Shown here: one piece after another, positions 11,641 through 25,320 of the stretch | How the letters are laid out: each line of letters begins with the position of its first letter | How positions within the stretch are numbered: the first letter of the stretch is position 1 | Notes under the pieces: model-generated | Told to the model about the DNA's origin: nothing | Database searches by the model: none | Seen by the model: only the letters and a program-made list of their open reading frames with translations | DNA from: Vicugna vicugna | Taxonomy: Eukaryota | Length of the DNA stretch: 64,000 nt | Assembly: GCA_013265495.1 (NCBI GenBank) | Contig: MU058584.1 | Location: 5,794,407-5,858,406, forward strand | Direction: 5' to 3' | Position numbers and translations under genes: made by a program

Positions 11641-13984
11641 GTGGGAGGTCCTAGAGGTTAATTGAAAAGGAGGTAGGTTGGGGCCAGATGGTGTGAGTCT
11701 GAAATGGTAGTTGCTGAAGGGATCCAATTGCCGTGATTCTGAACAGAGAAGGGTCCTGAACAGATGCATCTAACAATGGTATTTTTTTCTAATTTGAGAT
11801 AATATTATCATTGGTAGTCTTTCAAATTAAAAAAGCAGCAAGTTTACAAGTGGTTCTAAATTAATTATCTCTTGAGCATTTATTTAGATACACTTCTAGC
11901 ACACTACGAGGTACATGGTGGGCCACTGAATAAATATTTGCAAATATTGGGTATTATAGTATCTACAAAATCAGTTTCCTTTGGCTTAGAAATTTCTTTT
12001 GGGGAAAAAAAGAAAGTTAAAGAGGGCCAGTGGGAATGCAAAAGGGAGAGGTAGATGAGGGAGGCATTAAGGAGGCAGAACAATACAACTTGTTGTTGGC
12101 AGAGTCAAGATTTTCAAGACAATACAATTGACATCATATTATTTCCCTTATGTTTCAGGGTAGTGGTGGTGGTGGTATAGCACAGAGATTAGTAGCCCCA
12201 GCCTAAAGGTAGAAAATGAAGCAGTGAAAAAAGGGGTCTGTAAGCCGAACAGCAAATTAGAAATAAAGACAAGAGTGAACCCGAAACATCAGCACTTAAG
12301 AATCAAAGCATACATATATTTAAATTAGACTACTAATCACCATTATTTAGGGTGAAATATCATTAAAAATAAAGTAGCATGCTTAAAAAAATTTTTAAGT
12401 CTTTTGGACCATGACTGAGGTATATCTCTACAAATATAAAGGATTTGTTTGGTATTTGACTTCACAAAATTTCTGTTTTGCTTTTCAATCAGAGAAGTGA
12501 GACCCTTAGAAGACAATGTAACGAATGTCATTCATGAAACCACCATGTGCCTACTCTTTGGGTTCAAGTCCAGGCTCTTTTCCCAGTACCACCTGTTATG
12601 TAATGAGTCACTTTGATTTATGAGGATTTGATCGATAACCTTCCACTTACAAAATTCTCAAGCCCAGGAGAGTGAGAACCATTTAATTACATTTTGAAAA
12701 ACAGATAATGGAAGGAAGAGTAAGAACTGGAACCAACAGACCTAAGATGGTTAAAAGGTGTGAATGGAAGTGACACCAGATCTGCCCCCTTTCCCACTCA
12801 CCCCCTGACTAACATCATCATAATTTAACTGTAAGTCCCCCATCTTGAGCTCCCCCTCTGAGATCCATTTGATTGAAAACGCCCCACTAGATAAACCTTA
12901 ATATCTTTCCTCAGGCCCTAGAGGTTAACTGAGTCCATTCTGAACTTGAAGTCGAGTTTACATACAGAGTTTGAGGTTCCTGAATTCCAAGAGCCACATG
13001 TGTTCAGGAGCAAAGGGAAGGACCTTGTCTTTGGAATACTGAGAAAGAATTCCAGAGCTGGACTTCTTAGTACTTCTTTGCAGTGTTCCAGCCTAGTTTC
13101 AGGATGCCATTGGAGGAACTTCTGAGCATAAAGCAGAAGAGGCCATAGGGTGAGGTTCTTAACCAGGGACCCATGTGGAGGTCTGGGAACCCCCTGCGGT
13201 TGTCCGTAAAGCTCAGTGTTTATGTGGATGTCTGCATTTTCATTTGGAAAGAGGAGTTGTGCCTTTCATCAGTATCTCAAACAAGTCTATGATTCAATAT
13301 GTGAATATCCCTCTGAAATAGAGGAAGATCCCAAAGAGAATAGAAGGAAGAAAGAAGTAACTGCTCACTCATTTAAGTTGACCAATTCAGGAGAAGGATG
13401 ATATGTGAGAGATAACAAAAGTAATCCCATTCTTATGTCATTGGAGTTCAAACTCAGGACAGACTCAAACTCCTTCCTCTTCTCTTCATCATCCTTTTAT
13501 CCCTATCCTCCCCAACACAAAAGTATTCTCATTACGAGTATTTGAAAAGTGTCCTATAGTAAAGCAAAGAGATGGAGTTAACCAGGTCTAAGGGCTACTT
13601 TTCTTCTGGTAGCCCACAGAAAGGGGCTCAAAAACAGGGACAGTGTCTAGCCATAGAGGGCAGGATTTTGGACCCTGGGACTGTTTGAGACACTCCTGGT
13701 AAAACCATGTTTGTCTTACCTAGGATAATGGTCACGAGTTCAGGAATGCCCAGAAATTATACCACAATGAAGTTGCTTTTTTAAGAAGTTACATTATTGC
13801 AGAGTTTGAACCTCACAGATACTCAGTTGTAACTAACATTTGCGTGTAAGTGACATTTGATTTTTTTTTCCCTAAAATATCCTACCCAAATTAAATTTCT
13901 TACAATTGGGAAAAATCCTTTTTCTCTGGATCTTCCCGAGATCCCAAATTCCACTAAACCCCAGGAAGTTTCTCTTTCCCGTAA

Positions 13985-14130
13985 CAATAACAGGTAACAT
14001 TTACTAATCAGTAACTATGTGCTAGGCTCAAAATGCTTTTTGATGTAAACATATTTAATCCTCACAATGACACTGTAAAATAGAGTACTATCATCCTATC
14101 CATTTTACAGATGAGGAAACTGAGTCACTA
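13985..14130 (-). mobile_element. MIR SINE fragment
   Basis: MIR core cattttacagatgaggaaactgag. Confidence 0.75.
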
Positions 14131-14694
14131 AAAGGATTGAGAGTTAGGGCAGTAATGGGAACCATGTGAGTATTCCACATGGGTCCCAGTAGACTGCTGG
14201 GGCTCAGAGAAAGAAATAGGAGGGCTGGAGATGAGAAACCATTCAACTGTCGTCAAGGCCCGGGACACTGGCTCAGCCTCACATTGAGCTCAGACAGATG
14301 AGCAATCCTGGAGAAGGGGTTAAGGGTTTACCAAGATCTGCTCCAAGAGAGTCTCTGAAAGCCCTAGAAGGAAAAACAGCAGGTGTGGAGCTGGAGGGAG
14401 GGAGTCCAGATCCAGACAAAATCCAGTCTAACAGCACACCTCAGGTAAAGCCCCCAGCCTCTGGAAGGCACAGTGGCCTCATTTGGAGCATGGAAATAGC
14501 AACCTAAACTCACAGGGATGCTGGGAAGGTCAGAGTGGACAGCAGGTTTTGAAATGCTTACAAACTCGGAAAGGCTATTCAACTAAAGCCCCATGACTGT
14601 TGCTGTTCCTCATTTTTGGAACCTTTACCTGCCTGTCTCAGCCCCAAACCACTTCAGCCCAGCCACTTCCCATAGCAAAGAGCAATGAACTCAC

Positions 14695-14697
14695 CAT
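14695..14697 (-). CDS. SELP: P-selectin exon 1 coding part (ATG only)
   Basis: gaagagATG|gtgagt; selectin-type first exon ending in the initiator codon; phase 0 joins exon 2. Confidence 0.85.
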
Positions 14698-14935
14698 CTC
14701 TTCGGCTGGCTTTCTGCTTTCTGTCCAAGCGAGACTTCTTACAGTCTTATTGCCTCGCCTCAGCTGTCACGCTGTTTAGAAAAGCAACTTCCTATTCACT
14801 TTCCTGAAAGTCATCACATCACTTCCCATGAAGTTGGAATAATCATAATACAGGGAGCAGAGCTGGCAGCTTTGAAATAAGTCACCAGAGGAGGTGTGCG
14901 GGGGTGGGTCACCTACTTACTTCCATGGGAGGGGG
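14698..14935 (-). promoter_or_regulatory. SELP: SELP 5'UTR and TATA-less proximal promoter with ETS (GGAA) motifs and STAT6 site
   Basis: TTCATGGGAA (TTC-N4-GAA) at 14823-14832; AGGAAG/CAGGAA ETS cores at about 14787-14806; no TATA box. Confidence 0.7.
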
Positions 14936-15384
14936 TCAGGAGATGGGGCAAGTGTGAATCACTCCTGGATAGCCCAGGCTGAGTAGTGCAGGGATAGTTC
15001 CCACAACCCCAAGGGTCGGGTTTCCTTTGATTATTCTGAGCCCCAATTAAGGTCACATACTCAGAAAACACACTTTGTGTTAATCATGTCTCCATGTAAA
15101 TTTTCCAGTTATCGTGAAATCTTAGGGAATATTTTCTATTCCAGTTGCCTTTTGAGAGATGAGGAGCAAAAAATAGTAACAAAGAATAATTAGATGGGAA
15201 AGAGAAAAGCCAGGGGGCTTTTCTGGCAGTTGGAGGCAGGGTTTTGGTGTGGGGGGATTGTTGGAAAGAGTTTTGAAGTGAAATATAAACCAAACACAGG
15301 TTATTGTTAGAAAGGAAATTTTGCTTCTTAAATCAGAAAAAAAAGATATAAAAATGGAGGGGTTAGTGTAGGGGAGTAAAAAAC

Positions 15385-15640
15385 TGTGTGACATAGGGGT
15401 TAAGACTTGGGCTCTGTGATCAAACTGCCTGAGACCCACCTGTCTTGGCTCCAGGTGTGAGTATCCATTAGGCAGATTACTCTGGTTTTTTTTCAACTGT
15501 GAAACAAAATGATAATAACAGAACTTACCTATGGGATTGTTATGTAATTGAGTTAATACATGGAGAGTGCTTAAAACAATATCTGGCAAACAGCTGGATT
15601 ACAGTTGGAACTCATCAAATGTAGGCCATTATTATTACTT
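15385..15640 (+). mobile_element. MIR SINE
   Basis: Matches MIR consensus (ggttaagacttgggctctg...gtgcttaaaacaatatctggc). Confidence 0.7.
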
Positions 15641-16478
15641 TTCCGTTTTGCTGAAGAGACAGCAAAATCAAGTGTCCAGCATTTAGCGTCAAGTGAGAAA
15701 ACCATAACCCCAATTTATCCTCTTAGAATTCTGAGTGTGCAGAAGTGAGTGCTAGTCTTCATTCACTCGATGGTTACTACAGCATGTCGGTAGGCATCTC
15801 ATGGGTAGATTAAAAATGGAATAAAAAGGGAAAATCTGGAGAGAGTCCAAAGATAAAGATGATTTAAGGTGCTTGGAGCTTCATTTGCACTTAGGAATTT
15901 GGGTTGAAGAGGAAGGGACTAATACATAGTAGAAATCGAAAGACTGGGGAAGGAGGTGGTGATGGAGGAATGGTAGTGGGGGGACTGGGGATGCTGAGAG
16001 AGAGGGAAGCACCGAGGGACATCGGGCAGCGTAATGCGGGGATTCGGAGCCAGACTGCCTGTCTCCACCATCTGTCAGCTGTGGGACCTGGGCAGTTCCC
16101 TCAGCTCAGTTAGCAAATAAACGTAATAGTCACCAGTTACCATTACATGGAAGCGTTAGGACAATTGAATGGATTTACATGTGAAGTGCTTAGAACAATA
16201 CCTGGCGCCCTGTTAAGTGCAGGGGATGTGCTGGCTATTGTTTTTATAAGACTTGCCTGTACTTCCTCCTGTTCTTATTTTCACTCTTCCTGGCATTGCC
16301 TCATTTTTTAAAAAACAATTTCTCAGATGGATATAAGGGAAGGTGCTATGTAGATTATAGGTTCTTACCAACACTGTGTTTTAAGTAGAATAATGTTCAA
16401 TTTTAGGAAATATCAGGGAAGTAGAAAAAGATTCCGAGGACTAGGAATGAAAGGAAAATACCAGTAGACTGTTTAAAA

Positions 16479-16640
16479 GGTATAGCTCAGTGGTAGAATG
16501 TTAGCTTAGCGTGCACAAGGTCCTGGGTTCAATCCCCAGCACTTCTGGTAAAAATGAATGAATGAATATAAAATAATCAAACAAACAAACCTGATTACCT
16601 CCCCCAACCAAAAAAAAAAATAAATAAAAAAATAAAAAAG
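16479..16640 (+). mobile_element. tRNA-derived SINE (vic-1-like)
   Basis: ggtatagctcagtggtagaa...ggtcctgggttcaatccccagc, then the aacctgattacctccccc segment and an A-tail. Confidence 0.88.
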
Positions 16641-19454
16641 GAAATCAAGAAAGCTGTGCAGGCCGAATACCATTTATTCATATGAATTTAATCTAGGTGG
16701 GAAATTTAGATCGTTTCTATTTAAGTGGCCACTAAAAACATGATGATTCCAATATAATTTAATTAGTAGTGTTATTTACCTCTTTCATATATGTTTTCTC
16801 ATCTCTTTGCATCATGCTCCAAATTCCCAAAGGGCAGGGGCGCTTTTTCATATTGGTCTTGCTTCACCTGTAGTATCTAGCAGAGGGCAAACAGACATCC
16901 AACAAGTACTTGTTGATTTGTTGATTAGGTTGATGGCTCTAAGTAGATACAGTAAAAGTGCTCCCTCTCATCTTCTTCTCTTAATTCTATCTATCTTATT
17001 TCAGTGATGCGTTCATACACACAAGAAATATTTAAGCCCCTTCAGGGCTTCAAGCAATGTGGTAACACCAGGGATTCAATAATGTGCAAGTGCCTTGTGG
17101 AGCTCACAGTTGTTTTATTTGTGGGGTGGTGTTAGACATTAGATAAGAACCACACAGTTAAATGCAAGAAGGGAAAAAAAAGATGATGTGGGAGAACATT
17201 CTAGGCCGGTTAAGGCTGGGAGCCACTAGACAGCCAGGCAGGAGGGTGGGAAAGGAGGCTGGGGAGTCAGGGAGTGCCCAGACCACGCCAGTCGCCCAGG
17301 CCAGGTCAAGGTTGTGTCTTTGTGTGTAGCCTCTGCCATCAGTTGAAAGAGAAGGCAGCTAATTCCTTGGGAAGGTCTACCTGCATAGCTGGTCCCTCTA
17401 CTCAGAGAAGACTAAGGAACTTTCTACATATTAGTCTATAGGATGACAAGCCAGAACTTCAAAAAAAGAACACAGAGCTTTATTCCCCCTTATTGTTCAT
17501 ATAGTACATGTTTGTTGTAAAGAAAAGAAAATTCAGAAAATTACAGAGAAGGAAAAAAAATCATAATGCTGTCACCAAAGGAATTGGAATCATGTTGTAT
17601 ATTCAGTACAATGCTTTCTTCGTTTGATAATATATCATAAACCATTCTGATGTAATATTTCTGCTCTAGTTACAACTGAAAAAACCCCAAGTGTCTGTCA
17701 TTCTCCAGATGGCTGACATGGTAGACAAGGATGTCAGCTCTCCCCACACAGCTTCGGAAGATAGCTAACACAATCGTCATGAACTGCTAACTCTTCCTGC
17801 TGAAGTTCTATTTAAATTGGTCTGTGGTATTACACTCAAGCATTTCGTTTCTCTATCTCTGCTCTCCAGTTTTTGAAAGGGAAGGAAAGACAAGAGGATC
17901 TATCATCTGGGCAAAGGTCTCAAATAGTAAACATGAACTTTCACAAAACTCTCCACCCGCATAACCTTAAATGGAAATCAGATTCTCTGGACACTTCTCA
18001 TTACCATATTTATGCTCCCTTAACTCCATCCAGGGTTCATTTATTTGTCCTACACATTTTTGTAAGGATCTATTCTGTGCTACCATCTAAGCTACACACT
18101 GGAGACACACAGATGAATAAGACGCAGTCCCTGTCCTGAAAGAGCTCAAAGACTAATGAAGAGACGGGCTAGAGGCGTAACTGTAACAACACGGAGGAGA
18201 CAGTGTATCGTGCGCATGCTCTTGTGTGAGCTGCATGAGAACACACCTAACTCAGTCTGATGGCGGCAGTGGACATGTGGTTGGAAAGGATGCTTAGAGG
18301 AGTTGACCCTTGAGCTTGAGTAAACTAAGTCAGATTCTTTTGTGCAAGCTCAGAGGTTGGACATGAATACACAGAAAATACTGTAAACTCAGCAGACGAA
18401 TTAGGAAGTGGTTTTTGTATTAGAAGTATTTTTGTCCTTCCAAGAGCATATTGTGTCTGGGGCCCTTTGATCACCAGAAGGCTGTGATAACCACAGAAAG
18501 GTTATCACCTCCAGTTAAACACTAGAAGTTAAATGGGTGACCTGTGTGTAGATGAACACTGTGGATAGCCTCTTTCAAAGTCGCTGAGGAAGGGAAGCAG
18601 AGATATTGTTACATTTATGAGCTACCATTGCAGAGCCCTTATTCTTGAGCCAGACCCTGTGCTAAGCATTTGTATCTCATTTAAATCCTCGCAACAACCT
18701 TATGAGTTAGGTTCCATCTGTAGCAGGTGGCTCATCCACTCAGAGATTATTACAATACACATTTCATTAAAAAGGAAATTGTGGCTTGCGGGGTTAAATG
18801 TCTCTCATACCATGACAGAGCTGATAAATAAAAAAGAACGGGATTCAAATCTAAGTCTGGCTGAAATGATACTACGCTAAAATGTGGGGTTTCCATTAAA
18901 CTCACCAAAGTGCACTATCTGGAAAAAGAAGAGGTCCTGGTGACCCCCTTCCCTTGGTTTTCTGGTGGATATTCTGTGCTTGAGATCTCTGTTAATTAAA
19001 GATGAATCTAGAGAAGTGCCCCTCCAGTTAATTCAGCTTTTCGCTTAATTGAGGATTAATTAATTTTTGCAATAAGACCTCTCAGACCAACATCTGTCTG
19101 TGTAGCAGCAGCGTCAACAACAATATGTTGAATGTCCGTTACACATAGAACATTGTTCTAGGTCTTGGGACTTCACAAGGCATGAGACTCCGTCTGTGGA
19201 ATCTATGTGGAAAGCTGCTCTAGGAGCTTTCAGTTCTGATTAGAGATATAAGTCAGATGCAAAGAAAGGAGAAATGCCTACATGAGACAGATGAGAGGGC
19301 AACCAGGGTTCAGGGAGAGAGGGAGATGGTACCAAAGATACAGAACAGGAGGTGCGTCTTGTGCTTTCTGCCCCAACCCCGCAAGTCTATATGATGTCAG
19401 CCTCCCATGGCTCCCCATAGAGCTGTGAATGTTCCCAGACAGCCAATTCTATTA

Positions 19455-19646
19455 CAGTTGACCTTGAACAATGTAGGGGTTGATTTGCATGTAATTTACT
19501 GTTGGCCCCCTGGTATCCTGGGTTCCTCCACATCTGGAGATTCGACCAACCACAGACCTTGGTACTATATAGTATTTACTACTGAAAAATATCTGTGTCT
19601 AAGTGGACCTTGACAGTTCAAACCCATGTTGTTCAAGGGTCAACTG
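19455..19646. mobile_element. Tc1/mariner Tigger-family MITE (MER8/Tigger2-like)
   Basis: Terminal inverted repeats cagttgaccttgaacaa / ttgttcaagggtcaactg flanked by TA duplications at 19453-19454 and 19647-19648. Confidence 0.85.
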
Positions 19647-22219
19647 TATTTAAAATGCCATTATTTTTTAGGTTTTAGAAATTCAACAACTTCAGATTAA
19701 GCAGAGAGGAATTGTAGGCAGAAATGCATTCTACACTTCCTCCCAACACACACGCACACACACTGCACACTTTCTTTTTTAAAGAGTATTATTTTTAATT
19801 GTAATGAGTTTATGAGTCTGGTGAATGTAGAATTTTTCCGTTTTCTTTAATATATTCCCCTATGATAGTATCCTAGATTCAGACTCAAAATGTATGATCT
19901 TCTTTAAGACTCTTGCCTTGTACTGGCAGGAAGACTCTGAACCCCATTAAGGGGCCAAGGCCTGGCCAATTTCAGCTAAGGGTTATGTCCCAGGGAACTG
20001 AATGACAGAGGCCCTGAGAGGAAAGGGTCAGACAGGAGGGTCTGGGGCCAAATCCTGAAGATCAGAAGTCAGACCCTGGAAGCACAGACAGCATCAGGCT
20101 TAAGAGTAGGGGAGGCGGGGCTTTGAAAGGGAGAGGAGACCAAGGGACTGTGGGTGGACAGACTGCAATGCAAGAGGGGAGCCCAGCACCCTCCTTGGTC
20201 AGCCTGGCTTACGTTCAGGAAGGTCTGGATGAGTGTCAGAAAAGGAAACACCATCGACTTCATTCTGAAAGGAAAGTTTAGCAAAGGGTTTGGGGAAGGC
20301 AAGTGATGCTGGTTTGGCATCAGCAGTCGCTCTTCAGGTACCTGAAGGACTGCTGTGTGGAAGAGGAGCTGTGTTTTCTGCAGAGCCCAAAATGGCAGGC
20401 ATGGGACAGGCAGATGGCAAAGGCTGCACAGGCAGCTGTCAGGAGAGCTAGGCTGTGGCCTTTTGTCTGGGTGCCAAATACCCTGTTACTGCCTCTGCCA
20501 GTTGGGCCTGGACCCCAGTCTCCGCAAGGGTTTCTCCAATTCAAGGACCATGTCTTAGTTGTTTTTATATTCTCTGGCTCTTCGTATACTCACTAAAGAC
20601 CAATTGAAGTCATATCAGATTCCCTGCATCCGAGAGTCTCTCTATCTCAGCCAGCCGTCCACTCAGAGCAGTGGTATTTCCTTTACCCGTAAAAACCACT
20701 GCTTCTCCGCACCCTGTGGGCACCGGTGCCCTCTCCATGGCTCCTGCTAGCCCATAGAATGTCTTTGCAGTCAGAGCCAAGAACTCATGTCCTCTCCCAC
20801 CACACAATTCCCCCCTACACAACTTTTCACTTTGACAAAAACACAGAGAATTGAAGACACGCTAGATTTTTTTTTTTTTGACAGATAGATTCAGTGATGT
20901 ATTTTTGCAAATGCTTCCTGAGCAATGTCTCTGCTCTGAAGTTGGGACTAAGAGTTTGCTTCTTACACAGAGGATGCAGATTCCCCAGGCGTGAATAGGA
21001 CAAAGGCAACTTTAATTGTACCTTCCACTGGCCTGAAGGTCCCTAAGTGAGTCCTGTAAGGATAGGTAATTTTGAACTGTTTCAAAATTATTAACACATA
21101 TGCTTAAAAATTGCTTCCCTTTCTTGTAATATCTTTGTTATCAAAATGGGTAATTAATTGAAAATACATATAAACTCCCACTGTTGCATTAAACAGTAGA
21201 TTATAATAAAGAATCGGAAAAATAGGAGCTGTATAAAGTCACTTAGCTGGAAGTAATCAAATCAAGTCCAATTTTTTCATCTTCAAATAATTCTAGGCAC
21301 CTGGCTCCTGATAAAAGGGAATTGTCTTACTAAGAGGTATAATAGCCTCTTAGGGATTTACTTTCCTTTTAACAATGAAGAAACAGGAAAAGGCATCATT
21401 TGAGATTTTAATTTGGGTGACTTGTTTGTACTTAAACTGTGTTTAATAAGTGTTCCTTCTCTTTCTACAGCTAGAGTTTGTTGTTTTATTCTGTTGTTAC
21501 AATAAAACTATAATTTTTAAGCTCATTTGTCAATGTAATTAAAATAAATTTCCATAGGAAAAACTGTCTTTTGCTAAAATGAAAATATAAAAATAATATA
21601 TTCTCTTACAGAAGATCCATACCATACAGAAAGGCAAAAAGAAAAATTGACAATCATCCTCTCAGAGACAACCACTGTAAACCTGAAAGGCTTTCAGAAC
21701 TTTTAAATTCATATATTCAGAAATAAATTTTCAACAAAAATAGATTTAAGTCTTGTTCTTATATTTTGATTTTTAAGCTAAACCCTATATGAAGGACATC
21801 TCCTTCAGCCCCACTAAAAGATAATTTCTTAATCAAAACCTGGTTTTTATAGCACATGGGGCATTTTTCCAAGATTCAAAGAGCTCTATCATTTTTTATA
21901 ATGATAAAATTAATAAAGTATACCTTTTAAAAATTACATATCACCAAAAATCATACATAATACAAATTTTTAAGTTGCTTGAACTCCTAGAAAATAGTGG
22001 TTAAGAATTTGATATAAAAAGAGTGCGCGCGCACGCACACGCACATATTCCTATGTTTCTCTGTAGAAATGCATGTATAGATTTTAATGAAAACTGAGAG
22101 ACTAATGCCCTTTGAATGAAAATAAATGCAGTATTATATGATGTAACACTTGATCTTTACTGTATAGCATTTATCCCAGCAGTCATGAAATAAGGATTTA
22201 TGTTGTCATTGTTAATATC

Positions 22220-22440
22220 ACTAGTAGTTAAGTGCACTTTGGAGCTAAATTCCGTGGACTTTAACCCCAGATCTGTCATCAAGCAGTTATGTAATCCTGG
22301 GCAAATGACTCTTGTTCCTCAGCTTCATCATCCATAAAACAGGAAAATAATGTCTATCTCACAGGGTTGGTGTGAGGTTTAAATAAATGTATGTAGAACA
22401 TATGGAACAATGTCTGTCATGTATTAACCCCAAATGTATT
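22220..22440 (+). mobile_element. MIR SINE
   Basis: MIR core-like cctcagcttcatcatccataaaac...ctcacagggttggtgtgagg. Confidence 0.65.
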
Positions 22441-24834
22441 TATTAGCTTTTGTCTTACTTGCTTAATGTTTCTCTTTCCACTGAGCTCCACACATGCAGG
22501 GACAGTGTCGGTCTTGTTCCACTTTGTATCCTCAGCCTGGTACCTGGTGTGTGTTCAATAGTTGTTGACTATTATTATTAATGGTATTCAAGAAACATCC
22601 ATTGCATGGAGGAAGGGATACCCATTTACTGCTAAGGTATTTGATAGTGACAGAATAGTGGGAAAAGGCCGCCTTTTAGAATGAGACAAACAGATTTCAA
22701 AACCTTACTTCCTCATCCTCAACTATTGACTTTCTTAGTGGAGAGGAGGGGACAACAGGCCAAACTCTTCTGAGTTGATTTCTCATCTATAAACTGGAGA
22801 TAACAATTCCTTCTTGCAACACTGTTACATAAATTTGAGACAATTGCACTAGTTCAGCAATAAATAGTAACTGTTTCTTGTACAAATATTACATTATAGT
22901 ATCCGAGCTATCATGCTTTGCATAACTCAAAGGGGCAGGATTCACAAGAACACTCAACAGAAATGGTGTCCCCTGGAATAGTCCATGCAGGAGCCTCGAG
23001 TGTATCCACAGTATACTTTGCAGTTTATAAAAATTACAAAGTAGCCCTTTATAAGAGTCTCTCAGGGTTGGATGTTTCTTGGGATCCAAAAGAACAATTT
23101 AGGGTTGACATTAGCTGGGGAGACCTTCTGCGGTGATATTTTCATTTTAAAGCCGTGGAAAATAAGACGTCGCTATAAACTTGAGACCTGGCTCAAACCT
23201 TTTAAATTCTGTAAAACCCAATAAATACAATGACAGAGAAAGAAGGGAAAAGCAAACTCTGAAAAAACTACTGTCAACATTTGCGCTATCTGCTTATTTA
23301 CCATTCACTGCACGTCTGCCAGATGCCCCAGAGCTAAGGATATCAACTCCATCCTGTGCCCCATCTCCCTTCTGCATCCCGGGGTAGATTATGTTCCACT
23401 GGTGTCCACAGTCAGGATGGCGTTGCAGAAAGAGAACCTCCTCTCCAGCCAGATGAACAGGATATTAGGCAATAACAAGTTGCTTCTGAGGAAAAGTGAG
23501 TTTCTTGGCATGTTCCTTATCAGCATTACAAAGCCAAAAGCTAAGTTTATCTTCACTTATAGCAGCACACCCTGTGGCCCAAATGCCTTGTTTGTTTACA
23601 TCTGCTGTTGTTGCTGTGGATGCGTGAATCAGGACCCTGGCCCACAGGTTTTTCCCAGGCCTTTCTGATGGGCATGACCCAAAAGTGTTTGATGAGTAAG
23701 TCATAGGTTAATGCAGGAAAGGGCCAAACTGGGGGCTGCCTAGGCTTTGGCCAGGGAGGCTTGGCAGAGCCTGGGCATTGCATTTCAGTGGAACAGGAAG
23801 GGGAAGTGGTGGCCTATAACCTTGGATTATTTCCAGATGGCCCACCCCAGTCTCCCTCCTGCTTTGGGGAAATGGTCTAGACCAGAACAGTACCACCCAT
23901 GGGAGAAATGCAAACCCTAACCAGGTGAAGCAGACCCTCACCCAGTGGGAATAGTTCAGGACCACCACCAGATTCTATTAAAAATTTTAAAAGCACTCAA
24001 GTCTCGGGAAAATAAGTGATCTTGGGTTGACTGTCACTAGAATATTGGCTTTCTCTTTGTGGAAGAATCTGTCAATCACATCTGTCTGCACCATTTCCCA
24101 CAAAGAACAGAAAAAATGCTGAGGTTGCAGCAAGAGGAATTTAAATTAGATGTAAAGAAGAACTTCCCATATACTCAATTACACGTTGGAACTATTTTTT
24201 TCAGGGAAGAACTGTGTAGGGTTCCTTCCTGAAGAAGAAAAGCTAAAATGATCTTGTAGTTGACCAAAACTCTGCAGGGTTTGGATCCACGCTGACATTT
24301 ATGCTGTTATCCCTGTAATGAAATGTCGTCGAATAAGTGAAAATGTTTTGTATTAGTATGTCTTTATTTTTATTTACAAGGAATAAATCAGTGGATTAGG
24401 TTTTGATCTTGATTCTGTTCTAACATTTATGAGTGCAGCTGCCAGCAATTCACAGGAGTTAATTATCTGGCCATAGCCAATATTTCAGGAGTTAATCATC
24501 TGGTAGAAGAATCATACACATAAATGAGATACGTGTGACAGACTGTGATCACGTTCACAGAGTGCTGCTGTATTTCCTTAGAGATTACTTCAATTTGGGA
24601 ATTTAGGGGAAAAAAAATCCCTTTTGTGAGCTTGGTCTTGTAGGTTAGACTAGATTGGGGAAAGTGGAGGCAACCGTTCAAGTAAAGATCTGAAAACAGA
24701 AAAGCACAGAGTGAATTCAAGAAAAAGCGCCCCACGGTCTAGTGTGTCTAGAGCCTAAGTCAAGGTTCAGAAACGGTGCTGGCCGGACCGCCAGGGTGCA
24801 GTGCAGCGGTGAAGAGAAGTCGCGGTGGGTAGAG

Positions 24835-25320
24835 TGTTAGTTCAGGTTCTCCAAGGAACAGGCGCTTAGATGGGCAGACATTCAAAAACTGGGTTGAACA
24901 TTAAGTTGTTCTTAATGTTTTCTTTAAAAGAAACACCCATGAAGGGTAACAGGAACAGAGCAACAGTAGATAGGGAGAGCCTTCAGGACGGGGTATAAGC
25001 ACGGCAGCTATAAAAGGAAAGGGGGTGCAGAAGGAGGAGTGGGTAGGAAGCATCTCAGACGGCCACACAGCCCTGAGACAGCTTCAGCCAGGCCAGTGGG
25101 GAAACTATTGAGGCAAAGTTGCCCATTCGAAGGGTCCACACCCACATGATGGGCTTGCAGGACATCACAAATGTTGTCACTCATTGGCTGAGAGCAGCCT
25201 GAGGGATGTGTACACTCAGTATGAAACTGGTGGTGGGTCCTGAGGGGTAGCAGCTAGGATTGTCAGTCACCTTGGCTCCCGACACAAGAGATCTGAGTGA
25301 TGAATTTCACGGTTACCACA
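24835..25320. mobile_element. Old ERVL-type solo LTR (LTR16-like)
   Basis: Begins tgttagttcaggttctcc, ends gatctgagtgatgaatttcacggttaccaca; resembles LTR16 family from memory. Confidence 0.5.

Noticed and set aside
20069..20822. Cluster of overlapping 60-100 aa ORFs in the SELP-SELL intergenic region
   Set aside because: No homology recognised and no splice structure; consistent with chance ORFs in slightly GC-richer DNA.
24720..24830. Small CpG-rich patch with a weak CTCF-like word
   Set aside because: Too short for a CpG island, and the motif has several core mismatches.
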